44,846 nt of DNA, taken from positions 1 through 44,846 of the forward strand of contig CAMDCH010000002.1 of NCBI GenBank assembly GCA_945889655.1, in the 5' to 3' direction. Positions 17,398 to 25,038 of this stretch are shown here, one piece after another. A program made the translations under genes and the position numbers. Under the pieces are notes generated by a model. The model was not told the DNA's origin, ran no database searches, and saw only the letters and a list, made by a program, of their open reading frames with translations. Source of the DNA: a bacterium HR33 (GTDB lineage Bacteria; Gemmatimonadota; Gemmatimonadetes; Gemmatimonadales; GWC2-71-9). The number at the start of each line of letters is the position of its first letter. Position 1 is the first letter of the stretch.

Positions 17398-18459
17398 GTG
17401 GCGATGGCTCTACACGATATCGTCGGCCACGAGGCCCTTCGAGAGCGACTGAACCAGTCGATTGCCGCCGATCGATTCCCCCAGGCGTCCCTGCTGGTCG
17501 GCCCCCAGGGGATCGGCAAGCAGCGATTGGCCCTGTGGCTCGGCCAGACGATCCTCTGCGACGACCGACAGCGAAGCGGACCTTGCGGCCAGTGTCCCGC
17601 CTGCCGTCGCTCCCTCAACCTCGCCCATCCCGATCTCCACTGGTTTGTCCCGATCCCCCGCCCCAAGGCCACCGAACCCTCGAAGCAGATCGACGAAGCG
17701 GACAGCTTGCTGGGGGAGACTCTGGAGGGGCGCCGGGCGCAGCCACTCTGGGGCAGGCCCGACGGGACGTTCAGCCATTCGATCGCTTCTATCCGGCTCC
17801 TCCAGCGCCGGGTGTCACTCACGCCGGTCATGGCCCGAAAGAAGGTCGTCATCATCGGCGACGCCGAACGGCTCGTAGTCCAGGAGGCGAGTCCCGAGGC
17901 GGCCAACGCGCTGCTGAAGCTCCTGGAAGAACCACCGTCCGACACGTACGTGATGCTCACCGCGGCCGATCCGCAGGCCCTGCTCCCGACGGTCCGGTCG
18001 CGGCTGGTGCCGATACGGGTTCAGCGGCTCACCGACGACCAGGTGGGCGGTTTCCTGGAACAGCGGGGCGTGGGTACGGCGACGACTCGCTCGCGCCAGG
18101 CCCTGCTGGCCGAAGGGAGCATTGGCCGGGCGCTCGCAGCCACAGATGGCGCAGAGGCGGCAGATAAGGCCGCTGATCGGTTTCTCGACGCCCTTAAGGG
18201 CGGCGCTGTGAAATCGGCGCTGGCGGCGATGGCCCAGCCACCCTGGTCCGCCCGGGGGGAGTTCACCGCGATGCTCGACGGGGTGGCTGTCAGGCTGCGG
18301 GCGCGTGTTGCGGAGGCGCCACACCAGGATCGTCGCATCCTGCGACGCTACGCGGAAGCTTTGCGTAAGGTGGAAGCCGCGCGGTTCGACGCGCAGGGCA
18401 ATTTGAACCCGCAGCTGTCGCTGGCCGTATTGGCACAGGAACTGCGAACCCTGGTATGA
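17398..18459 (+). CDS. holB: DNA polymerase III delta-prime subunit
   Basis: GHEALRERLNQSI...ASLLVGPQGIGKQRLALWL (degenerate P-loop), zinc module CGQCPACRR, and VVIIGDAERL...ANALLKLLEEPP. Start is the GTG at 17398 or the ATG at 17404. Confidence 0.85.
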   Translation: MAMALHDIVGHEALRERLNQSIAADRFPQASLLVGPQGIGKQRLALWLGQTILCDDRQRSGPCGQCPACRRSLNLAHPDLHWFVPIPRPKATEPSKQIDEADSLLGETLEGRRAQPLWGRPDGTFSHSIASIRLLQRRVSLTPVMARKKVVIIGDAERLVVQEASPEAANALLKLLEEPPSDTYVMLTAADPQALLPTVRSRLVPIRVQRLTDDQVGGFLEQRGVGTATTRSRQALLAEGSIGRALAATDGAEAADKAADRFLDALKGGAVKSALAAMAQPPWSARGEFTAMLDGVAVRLRARVAEAPHQDRRILRRYAEALRKVEAARFDAQGNLNPQLSLAVLAQELRTLV

Positions 18460-18932
18460 GCAGGCTTACCCATGTCGACGAAGCTGGCCGCGCACAGATG
18501 GTGGATGTAGGCGGCAAAGCCGAAACGGCCCGGCGCGCAGTTGCGGAAGGATCGATCACGATGTCGGCCCAGGCGTTCGACCTGGTGCGCGAGAATCGCG
18601 GTCCGAAGGGGGCGGTGCTGTCGACCGCGGAGCTGGCAGGGACGATGGGCGCGAAACGGACGGCGGAGCTGATTCCGCTTTGCCATCCACTTCCGCTCGA
18701 TGCCATAGAAGTGAAAGCCGAGTTGGACCCCAAACTGCCAGGTGTACGGATTCGCGCCACCGCGCGCACCACCGGGAAGACGGGCGTAGAGATGGAAGCG
18801 TTGACGGCCGTTGCCGTCGCGTTGCTGACCGTATACGACATGATGAAGGCAGCGGACCGTGGGATGGTGATCGGACCGGTAGCACTCATCGAGAAGTCGG
18901 GCGGAAGCAGCGGTCTATGGAAGAAGGAGTGA
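18456..18932 (+). CDS. moaC: cyclic pyranopterin monophosphate synthase accessory protein
   Basis: LTHVDEAGRAQMVDVGGK...KGAVLSTAELAGTMGAKRTAELIPLCHPL...TGVEMEALTAVAVALLTVYDM, a canonical MoaC. It overlaps the holB stop (ATGA). Confidence 0.93.
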   Translation: MSRLTHVDEAGRAQMVDVGGKAETARRAVAEGSITMSAQAFDLVRENRGPKGAVLSTAELAGTMGAKRTAELIPLCHPLPLDAIEVKAELDPKLPGVRIRATARTTGKTGVEMEALTAVAVALLTVYDMMKAADRGMVIGPVALIEKSGGSSGLWKKE

Positions 18933-18936
18933 CGAC

Positions 18937-19602
18937 ATGAGTAAACAGACGTCGACCCAGGGATTGATGCTCCGCGGCTTGAGCCTGCTCGGAGCGATCG
19001 TGCTGTTCTGTGGAGCGGTGGGCGGGATCTTCGGCTCGGCCGGCGGACCCCTGCCCTATACGGGCACCGCGGGCGTGGGCAACGCCGCTGACCTTCGCCA
19101 CTCGCTGGCCATGGCCATGGGCGAGACGGAGATCCGCTCGCTCCAGCTGGACCGGGCCAACGCGATCATGGAAGCGTCGTCACGCTATCGCATCCCGGCG
19201 GACCTCGCCGCCCAGATTCACGACGAAGCGATTCGCGCGGGGCTCGATCCCGAGCTGGCGTTCCGGCTGGTGAAAGTCGAGAGCAACTTCAACCCGCAAG
19301 CCAGGAGCTCGGCCAATGCGTTCGGGCTGGCGCAGGTGCAGCTGCCCACGGCGCGCCACTACGATGCGCGGGTCACGGAAAAGGATCTCTACGATCCCCA
19401 GCACAACCTGCGGATCGGGTTCCGGTACCTGGTTGACCTGAATGACCGGTACGCGAACATGCGGCTGGCGCTGCTGGCCTACAACGTGGGACCGAGCCGC
19501 CTCCAGGACATCATCGACGGCGGGCGGGATGTGAAGGGGACCTACGCGGCTGCGGTGCTGAAGGGCTACTCCAGCGAACCGCAGGTCGGTCTATCGCACT
19601 GA
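18937..19602 (+). CDS. lytic transglycosylase (SLT domain), membrane-anchored
   Basis: N-terminal TM helix. SLT signature LVKVESNFNPQARSSANAFGLAQV...LLAYNVGPSRL. Confidence 0.85.
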   Translation: MSKQTSTQGLMLRGLSLLGAIVLFCGAVGGIFGSAGGPLPYTGTAGVGNAADLRHSLAMAMGETEIRSLQLDRANAIMEASSRYRIPADLAAQIHDEAIRAGLDPELAFRLVKVESNFNPQARSSANAFGLAQVQLPTARHYDARVTEKDLYDPQHNLRIGFRYLVDLNDRYANMRLALLAYNVGPSRLQDIIDGGRDVKGTYAAAVLKGYSSEPQVGLSH

Positions 19603-21258
19603 TTCGCTAGCGGTCTCGGGCGCGCCGCCGCGCGGCGGCGCGATCACGAGGCGCACTCCCGGCTTCAGCGTCTCGCTATCCGTGATGTCGTTCCACTCGC
19701 GCAGCTCCGCCACCTTCACTCCATCACGCTGGGCGATCTGCCACAGCGATTCACCCCAGCGCACAACGTGAAAGCGGCTGTTGGCCGCCGCGGCAACCGA
19801 CCTGGCCTTGGCGCTGGGAGCGGGCTTGGGCGTCCGGACGGTGCGCGCCGGGGCCGCCGCGGTCACGTGGGCCACCGGGCTGATGGGGATCACGATCCTC
19901 GTGCCGACGCGGAGCGCACGGGGCTTGAGGCGCGGATTGGCGGCCAGGATGACGCCCTGGTCCACCTTGTAGCGCTTGGCGATCACGGAGATCGTCTCCC
20001 CGCGAGCGATGACGTGATCGATGACGGTGACCCGTTCCTTCGCCGGCAGCTCCGCCCAGCGCTGGGCGACCACCGTGCCGGTGCCAAGGGGCACGCGGAC
20101 GATGACGGCGCGCGAGGGAGGTGTCACGGCGCGAAAGAACTGCGGGTTCAGCTCGAGGAGCGCGGCGGTCGTCGTGTCCGCCAGGCGGGCGACAACGTCG
20201 AGCCCGGTCTGCTCCACAATCACGACTTCGTCGAACTGGAGCGGCATGAGGTTCGGCAGGCTGTCGAACCCGTAGCGCCCCGGTTCCTTGGCGATAAGCG
20301 CGGCCGCGATCAGCTTCGGCACGTAGTCGCGCGTCTCGCGCTTGAGAATCCGCGTGCCGGAGAGCTGGAAGAACATCGAGTCCGTCTCGACCGACACATC
20401 GCCCTTCGAGACACGACGGATGCCCCGTGAGATGCGGCCCGCGCCGGCGTTATAGGCAGCTGCCGCCAGGTACCAGGAACCGAATTCCCCGTTGAGATCC
20501 GCAAGGTGGCGCGCGGCGGCGTCCGTGGCCTTGAACGGATCGCGGCGCTCGTCCACCCACGCGTCCACCGTGAGCCCGTAGCCGCGGCCCGTGGCGGTCA
20601 TGAACTGCCACATGCCCACGGCCTTGGCGCGCGATACCGCGCCCGTGGAGAAGCCACTCTCGATCAGTCCCAGGTAGACCATGTCCTCTGGAATGCCTTC
20701 CTGGCGGAACCGGTCGCGCGCCATGCCCTCGTAGCGGGCCATGCGGCCCAGCCAGATGGCGAACCGGTCACGCGCGGGACCGAGGAAATAGTCGACGTAC
20801 GCCTGGACCCGTGCATGACTGGCGAATGTCTCTACATCGATGTCGTAAGTCGGGGCGGAGGCACCGGCGGTGCCGCCGCGCGGCGCCTCGAACATGCCGG
20901 AGGCTTCGCCCGCTACTTCGGCGCCACTGACCGTCGCGACCCCGATGGTGCTGTTCACGTGGCTGGTGCCCTTGCCGAGGCTCTCGAGCTGGACGTCGTC
21001 CAGCGCGCTGAGGGCCGCCTCGTCGGCGGCATCCTCGGCCGACGTGTCGGCGGGCACGGCCAGGGAATCCGCGATCACGGTCTCCGGCTCGGCGTTGAGC
21101 GACACGATCACGGCCGTATCCGTGGGACCGATGACGATGGTGATGGTATCCCGGGCCGCTATCGGCTCGGGTGCGCGAACGACGTCCCGGCTGCCGCGGC
21201 CGCACGCCGCCAGCACCATGACCGACATCATCGCCAGGACTTTACGCAGGGTTATCAC
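19591..21258 (-). CDS. MltD-like lipoprotein: lytic transglycosylase with two C-terminal LysM domains
   Basis: Track ORF 19591..21312 trimmed to the GTG at 21258, giving (M)ITLRKVLAMMSVMVLAAC (lipobox). SLT core GLIESGFSTGAVSRAKAVGMWQFM. LysM repeats HVIARGETISVIAKRYKV... and HVVRWGESLWQIAQRDGV.... The start is uncertain (alternative ATG at 21231). Confidence 0.86.
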   Translation of the reverse strand: MITLRKVLAMMSVMVLAACGRGSRDVVRAPEPIAARDTITIVIGPTDTAVIVSLNAEPETVIADSLAVPADTSAEDAADEAALSALDDVQLESLGKGTSHVNSTIGVATVSGAEVAGEASGMFEAPRGGTAGASAPTYDIDVETFASHARVQAYVDYFLGPARDRFAIWLGRMARYEGMARDRFRQEGIPEDMVYLGLIESGFSTGAVSRAKAVGMWQFMTATGRGYGLTVDAWVDERRDPFKATDAAARHLADLNGEFGSWYLAAAAYNAGAGRISRGIRRVSKGDVSVETDSMFFQLSGTRILKRETRDYVPKLIAAALIAKEPGRYGFDSLPNLMPLQFDEVVIVEQTGLDVVARLADTTTAALLELNPQFFRAVTPPSRAVIVRVPLGTGTVVAQRWAELPAKERVTVIDHVIARGETISVIAKRYKVDQGVILAANPRLKPRALRVGTRIVIPISPVAHVTAAAPARTVRTPKPAPSAKARSVAAAANSRFHVVRWGESLWQIAQRDGVKVAELREWNDITDSETLKPGVRLVIAPPRGGAPETASESVR

Positions 21259-21685
21259 CGTTCGGCTTCTCCGTACGGGCAAAAATGTTTCCCAGCACAC
21301 GATTCGTCGCATTCATCACCGCCAAAGCTGCACCGCGCGCCGACAGGTCGTCCGTGATGAACGACCCGACCAGCCGGGACGGGCGGGAATCCTGGCGCGA
21401 GGTCAGCGACACGATGACCACGGTCGCATCAAACGCTCGCACGGCCTTCACGCCCAGCAGCTCGAAACTCACCTGCGATTCCACCGCCCGTTCGATCGCG
21501 GCGAGCGCGGCCTGCGCGGCGCACCGCAGCTCTCCCGCCTGCGATCCCAGCTCTTCCGCGCTCCCGATGAACTGCTCCTCGGGATGCCATTCCAGGACGA
21601 CGCGTGCCCGGCACCGGCCGTTCTGCAGTTTCCGGAGCTCGAAATCCACGAAGCGCAACCGCTCACGAAGAAGATCGGCCGCCAT
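21242..21685 (-). CDS. hypothetical protein (147 aa)
   Basis: One of three non-overlapping minus-strand ORFs tiling 21242-22217. It shows the high GC3 typical of real genes here. The competing plus-strand ORFs are Ser/Arg/Pro-rich and look like artefacts. I recognise no family. Confidence 0.5.
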   Translation of the reverse strand: MAADLLRERLRFVDFELRKLQNGRCRARVVLEWHPEEQFIGSAEELGSQAGELRCAAQAALAAIERAVESQVSFELLGVKAVRAFDATVVIVSLTSRQDSRPSRLVGSFITDDLSARGAALAVMNATNRVLGNIFARTEKPNGDNPA

Positions 21686-21700
21686 TATGCTGGCCCGGAC

Positions 21701-21958
21701 CTACTCCCCACCGTCGAACCGCACTTCCAGCTGTCCCTGCGCGGCCTCATCGCCGGCCGGGCGGAGCAGGTCCACGTCGAGGCGTGGCTTGCCGGTCTCG
21801 TCGAGCAGCACGCTGACGAGAAGCGTCTGTCCATCGTCCAGCGTGAGGCGGAGCTGGCGGCAATCCGACCGGATGACCACATCGGTTACGCGCCGATCCC
21901 GCAATTCGCCGACGGCTTCGGCGATGCGGCGGAGATCCTGGACGGTGGCCAACGACAC
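21701..21958 (-). CDS. hypothetical protein (85 aa, GTG start)
   Basis: Tiled with its neighbours and has high GC3. No recognisable motif and no clear Shine-Dalgarno. Confidence 0.4.
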   Translation of the reverse strand: MSLATVQDLRRIAEAVGELRDRRVTDVVIRSDCRQLRLTLDDGQTLLVSVLLDETGKPRLDVDLLRPAGDEAAQGQLEVRFDGGE

Positions 21959-21977
21959 GCGGGAGTGGTCGTTCCGT

Positions 21978-22217
21978 TCACTTGACGTGCTGGGAGATCA
22001 CTTCGCGCAGCTTGTCGTCACTGATGCGCTCGGCCTGGACGAAAAGCGAAGACTTGGAAAGCGATTCGATCGGGAACGGGGCCCAGAACACCCGCCGCTC
22101 CGGCGCAACAGCGCGGAAGGACAGGAAAAGCTGCCACAACTGGGCGTTGGCCGTACGCTGGGCGGCCGGCTGCACATTCCACTTCTCGCCCGCCGCGTCG
22201 ATGACTCTCCACGCCAT
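21978..22217 (-). CDS. hypothetical protein (79 aa)
   Basis: In ATG GCG TGG AGA GTC ATC GAC GCG..., 23 of the first 26 third positions are G/C. No recognisable family. Confidence 0.45.
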   Translation of the reverse strand: MAWRVIDAAGEKWNVQPAAQRTANAQLWQLFLSFRAVAPERRVFWAPFPIESLSKSSLFVQAERISDDKLREVISQHVK

Positions 22218-22219
22218 TT

Positions 22220-22235
22220 TGTGACCCCGGTCACA
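22220..22235. promoter_or_regulatory. perfect CRP/FNR-type palindrome TGTGA-N6-TCACA
   Basis: TGTGACCCCGGTCACA is a 16-bp perfect inverted repeat. It starts 3 nt upstream of the ATG of the 79-aa ORF. Confidence 0.35.
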
Positions 22236-22322
22236 CAGTGTAAAAGGAGGTGTGGGGCCAATATGCCCGTTACCTGTAGGACGGGCAAGGGTGACTAAAG
22301 GAAGGCGTTTGTGAGGTTTGAC

Positions 22323-23960
22323 CTACACGAAAGCGAGCTGCGTTTCAACCAGCTGGCGATAGATGTCGCTCGTCTGAAGGAGGTCGGCGTGGATGCCGGT
22401 GGCAACCACGCGGCCCCCGGAGAGGACCACGATGCGGTCCGCCGCCAGGACGGTGCTGAGCCGGTGGGCGATGATCAGCGCCAATCGCTGGTCACGGGTT
22501 TCCTGGAGCGTTTCGAGTATCCGGCTCTCGGTTTGCGCGTCGAGACCGCTGGTCGCTTCGTCGAGCACCAGGATCGCCGGGCCGCCGGCCAGCGCCCGGG
22601 CCAGCGCGATCCGCTGGCGCTGGCCGGCTGAGAGTGCCACGCCGCGCGGTCCCACGCGGGAGGCGCGACCCGCCGGGAGTCCGTCAACGAAATCCGCCCC
22701 CGCAGCCTCCAGGGCATCGCGCACATCCTCGTCAGAAATCGTCCGGCCCAGCGTGACGTTCCACTCAACCGACTCATCGAAGACAAAGGCATCCTCGAAC
22801 ACCACGCCGATGTCGCCGTCCAGGGTGACGCTCCCGCGATCCGGAGCCTGGAGCCGGAGGAGGACGTGTGCCAGGGTGCTCTTCCCCGCCCCACTTTCCC
22901 CCACCACGGCCACGATCTCGCCGCGGGCGAGCCGCAGATCCACCTCGTCGAGCACCGGTTCACCGGGACGGTAGGAGAACGACACACCCTCCGCCTGGAG
23001 CCGCGCCGAGCGGGACCGGGAGGCCGCGGGCGCCGGTTCGTCGGCGGCGGGTTCGGAGATGAAGGAGAAGACGCTAGAGGCCGCGCCTTGGTGCTCCGCC
23101 AGCGCGGCCAGGGAATCGAACACCACGGAGAGCTGGCCCTGGAACCGGGCCAGCACCACCGCGAATGCGAGGATCAGCGTGGAGCTGGCAAAGAGTCGTT
23201 CCGGTGAAACCGCGAGCGCGACCCCGAGAGCGCCGAGGAGTATCAGGGCGTTCGCGACCTCGGAGAGGGGCCGGAGGGCGTGGCGCCAGCGGTGCAGCGC
23301 GAGCGTCGAATCGAGCACCGCGCGGTTGGCTGCACGATGAAGGTCCAGCCGGCCGGCCGGCGTCCCCATCGCCCGGACGACCGCATGCCCGCCGGCGTCG
23401 TCTGAAACGACCGCGCTGGCGTCCTCGTCGGCGCGCACCATCGCCACGGCCGCCGCGGCGACACGCCGCCGGACCATCCACGCGATGACCGTACCGGCCG
23501 AGAGAATCAGGACCGCCCCCAGGCCCAGCCTCCACGACAGCGACGCCATCATCACGAGGTATACCGCGACGAGCATCAGCGCCCCACCCAGCGCGACCAC
23601 CGCCGAGAGCGCCGACGCGACGCGTTCGGCCTGCACCGAGAACAGGTTGACGATGCGACCCGGGCCGAGGTGCTCCACGTCCCGGTAGCGGGCGGCGTAG
23701 AACCCGCGGGCCAGCCGCTCCCGGATCGACAGCAACACTCGCAGGTGAAGGCGCACGCCGAGCATGTCGAGCGCGTACCCCGCCCCCGCCCGCAACACGA
23801 TGACCCCTGCCAGCAGCAGCGCGCCTCTCCAGAGCGTCTCGGCCGACGCCGCGCGGAAGGCCGCGAGAACGGGCGGCACCAGTGCCAGGCAAGCGGCCTC
23901 GAGTCCCGCGACCACCGCGCTCATGGCGGCCATCACCACTCCCGACCGGCCAAGCTTCAT
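22323..23960 (-). CDS. ABC exporter (fused permease + ATPase), McjD-like position in a lasso-peptide cluster
   Basis: 545 aa with an N-terminal 6-TM region. Walker A GESGAGKST, signature LSAGQRQRIALARAL and Walker B ILVLDEATSGLD. The ATG at 23960 overlaps the kinase stop (ATGA). Confidence 0.92.
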   Translation of the reverse strand: MKLGRSGVVMAAMSAVVAGLEAACLALVPPVLAAFRAASAETLWRGALLLAGVIVLRAGAGYALDMLGVRLHLRVLLSIRERLARGFYAARYRDVEHLGPGRIVNLFSVQAERVASALSAVVALGGALMLVAVYLVMMASLSWRLGLGAVLILSAGTVIAWMVRRRVAAAAVAMVRADEDASAVVSDDAGGHAVVRAMGTPAGRLDLHRAANRAVLDSTLALHRWRHALRPLSEVANALILLGALGVALAVSPERLFASSTLILAFAVVLARFQGQLSVVFDSLAALAEHQGAASSVFSFISEPAADEPAPAASRSRSARLQAEGVSFSYRPGEPVLDEVDLRLARGEIVAVVGESGAGKSTLAHVLLRLQAPDRGSVTLDGDIGVVFEDAFVFDESVEWNVTLGRTISDEDVRDALEAAGADFVDGLPAGRASRVGPRGVALSAGQRQRIALARALAGGPAILVLDEATSGLDAQTESRILETLQETRDQRLALIIAHRLSTVLAADRIVVLSGGRVVATGIHADLLQTSDIYRQLVETQLAFV

Positions 23961-24883
23961 GACGCGAGGTCCTTCTCAATCGCGTCGCAGAGCGAGGGGA
24001 GCTTCGCGAGCAGCCGTGGGTACGCGAGCCGCTTCACGGGCACCGCGGCGGCGACCGCGCTCGCAAGCCGGAACTGGTTGGCGAGCCGCTCGGGACCGGT
24101 GACGATCGTGTTGAACGTGTTCCGGACGGTTTCGATCATGGCGGCGGCAGGGTCGAGCCGGCGGATCGCGATCCGGGCCGAGGGCAGCGTGGGATCGGAG
24201 AGCACGTAGATCGCGCGCAATGGCGCAGCGCGACGGCTTGCCCGGTGTTGGTCGAGCGGCAGGACCATCTTGCTCGTTCCCGGGTTCATGCGAGTCCCCT
24301 CGCGCCCCCCCAGGACCGCACGCGACACCGCGGGAAAGAGCTTGATGCGGGGGACGCCGGCGTGGACCAGGAACCCGCCGCCGCCGCGCGGGGCGAGCGA
24401 GACGAGATCATCGGTCAGGACGGGGAACCCGCGCGCCAGCATCGCCGCGCCGAGCGTGGACTTGCCGTAGCCGGTGTCGCCCAGGAAGGCAACAGCGCCG
24501 CCATCGACCACCACGACCGTCCCGTGCAGCGGCTCACGGCCGAGTGCCAGGAGCGAAAATGACAGGACCTGGCTCAGCAGGTAGGTACTGAACGACTCTC
24601 GCGACGCCCTGCGGAGACGCCGATACTCGATGCGGCGGCCGTCCGGTGAAATCAGAAAATCGAAGAGGTTGGTCCAGCCGAGATACATGGTACCGTCCGC
24701 GAGCTGGCGGCAGCGGAACCAGTCGCGCGCGTTGGGAAGACGGGTGCCGCGGAGCGCGCCGGCGAAGCGGCGGCGCGGTGCGGGAACGAGCCTGACGGTG
24801 GGTACTGATACCCGCGACGCACGGGGGCACGGGAGGGCAAGCGGACTCTGAAGACCGAGGCCGTAGAGCCGGTACAGGCTCAG
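23957..24883 (-). CDS. HPr-kinase-like P-loop serine kinase (lasso-peptide tailoring kinase candidate)
   Basis: P-loop FLGDTGYGKSTLGAAMLARGFPVLTDDL. The N-terminal LYRLYGLGLQSPLALP resembles the start of HprK-like RiPP kinases. No ATG/GTG/TTG is available there, so the start is provisionally placed at the CTG at 24883, which overlaps the precursor TGA. The first ATG (M145 of the track ORF) would remove the N-terminal domain. Confidence 0.75.
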   Translation of the reverse strand: MSLYRLYGLGLQSPLALPCPRASRVSVPTVRLVPAPRRRFAGALRGTRLPNARDWFRCRQLADGTMYLGWTNLFDFLISPDGRRIEYRRLRRASRESFSTYLLSQVLSFSLLALGREPLHGTVVVVDGGAVAFLGDTGYGKSTLGAAMLARGFPVLTDDLVSLAPRGGGGFLVHAGVPRIKLFPAVSRAVLGGREGTRMNPGTSKMVLPLDQHRASRRAAPLRAIYVLSDPTLPSARIAIRRLDPAAAMIETVRNTFNTIVTGPERLANQFRLASAVAAAVPVKRLAYPRLLAKLPSLCDAIEKDLAS

Positions 24884-25038
24884 GAGTTGGAGCCCGACGC
24901 CCGCGTGGTAGGCTTGCGCGCACCGTCGGCCATGCTGCCCTTCTTTACCAGGGTGAGTGCACGCAGATCGCCGTGCACCACGAGGCGAGGGGCCTGGTAG
25001 GGACGTTTCGGATGCGCCAAAGACTTCCTGGGACTCAT
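24880..25038 (-). CDS. lasso-peptide precursor (52 aa: MSPRKSLAHPKRPYQAPRLVVHGDLRALTLVKKGSMADGARKPTTRASGSNS)
   Basis: Track ORF 24880..25083 trimmed to the ATG at 25038, which has GGAGGT 6 nt upstream and overlaps the cyclase stop (ATGA). The leader fits YxxPxLx3Gx5Tx (Y14, P17, L19, G23, T29). The predicted core is VKKGSMADGARKPTTRASGSNS. Confidence 0.75.
   Translation of the reverse strand: MSPRKSLAHPKRPYQAPRLVVHGDLRALTLVKKGSMADGARKPTTRASGSNS

Noticed and set aside
22265-22286. Hairpin GCCCGT-N10-ACGGGC after the ABC exporter stop, considered as the cluster terminator.
   Set aside because: It has only a 6-bp stem and no U-run on the minus strand, which is too weak to call.
22246-22298. 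Plus-strand GGAGG followed by a mini-ORF MPVTCRTGKGD (ATG at 22263).
   Set aside because: The spacer of 12 nt is too long. The ORF is only the tail of a spurious long ORF and overlaps a hairpin. There is no downstream plus-strand gene.
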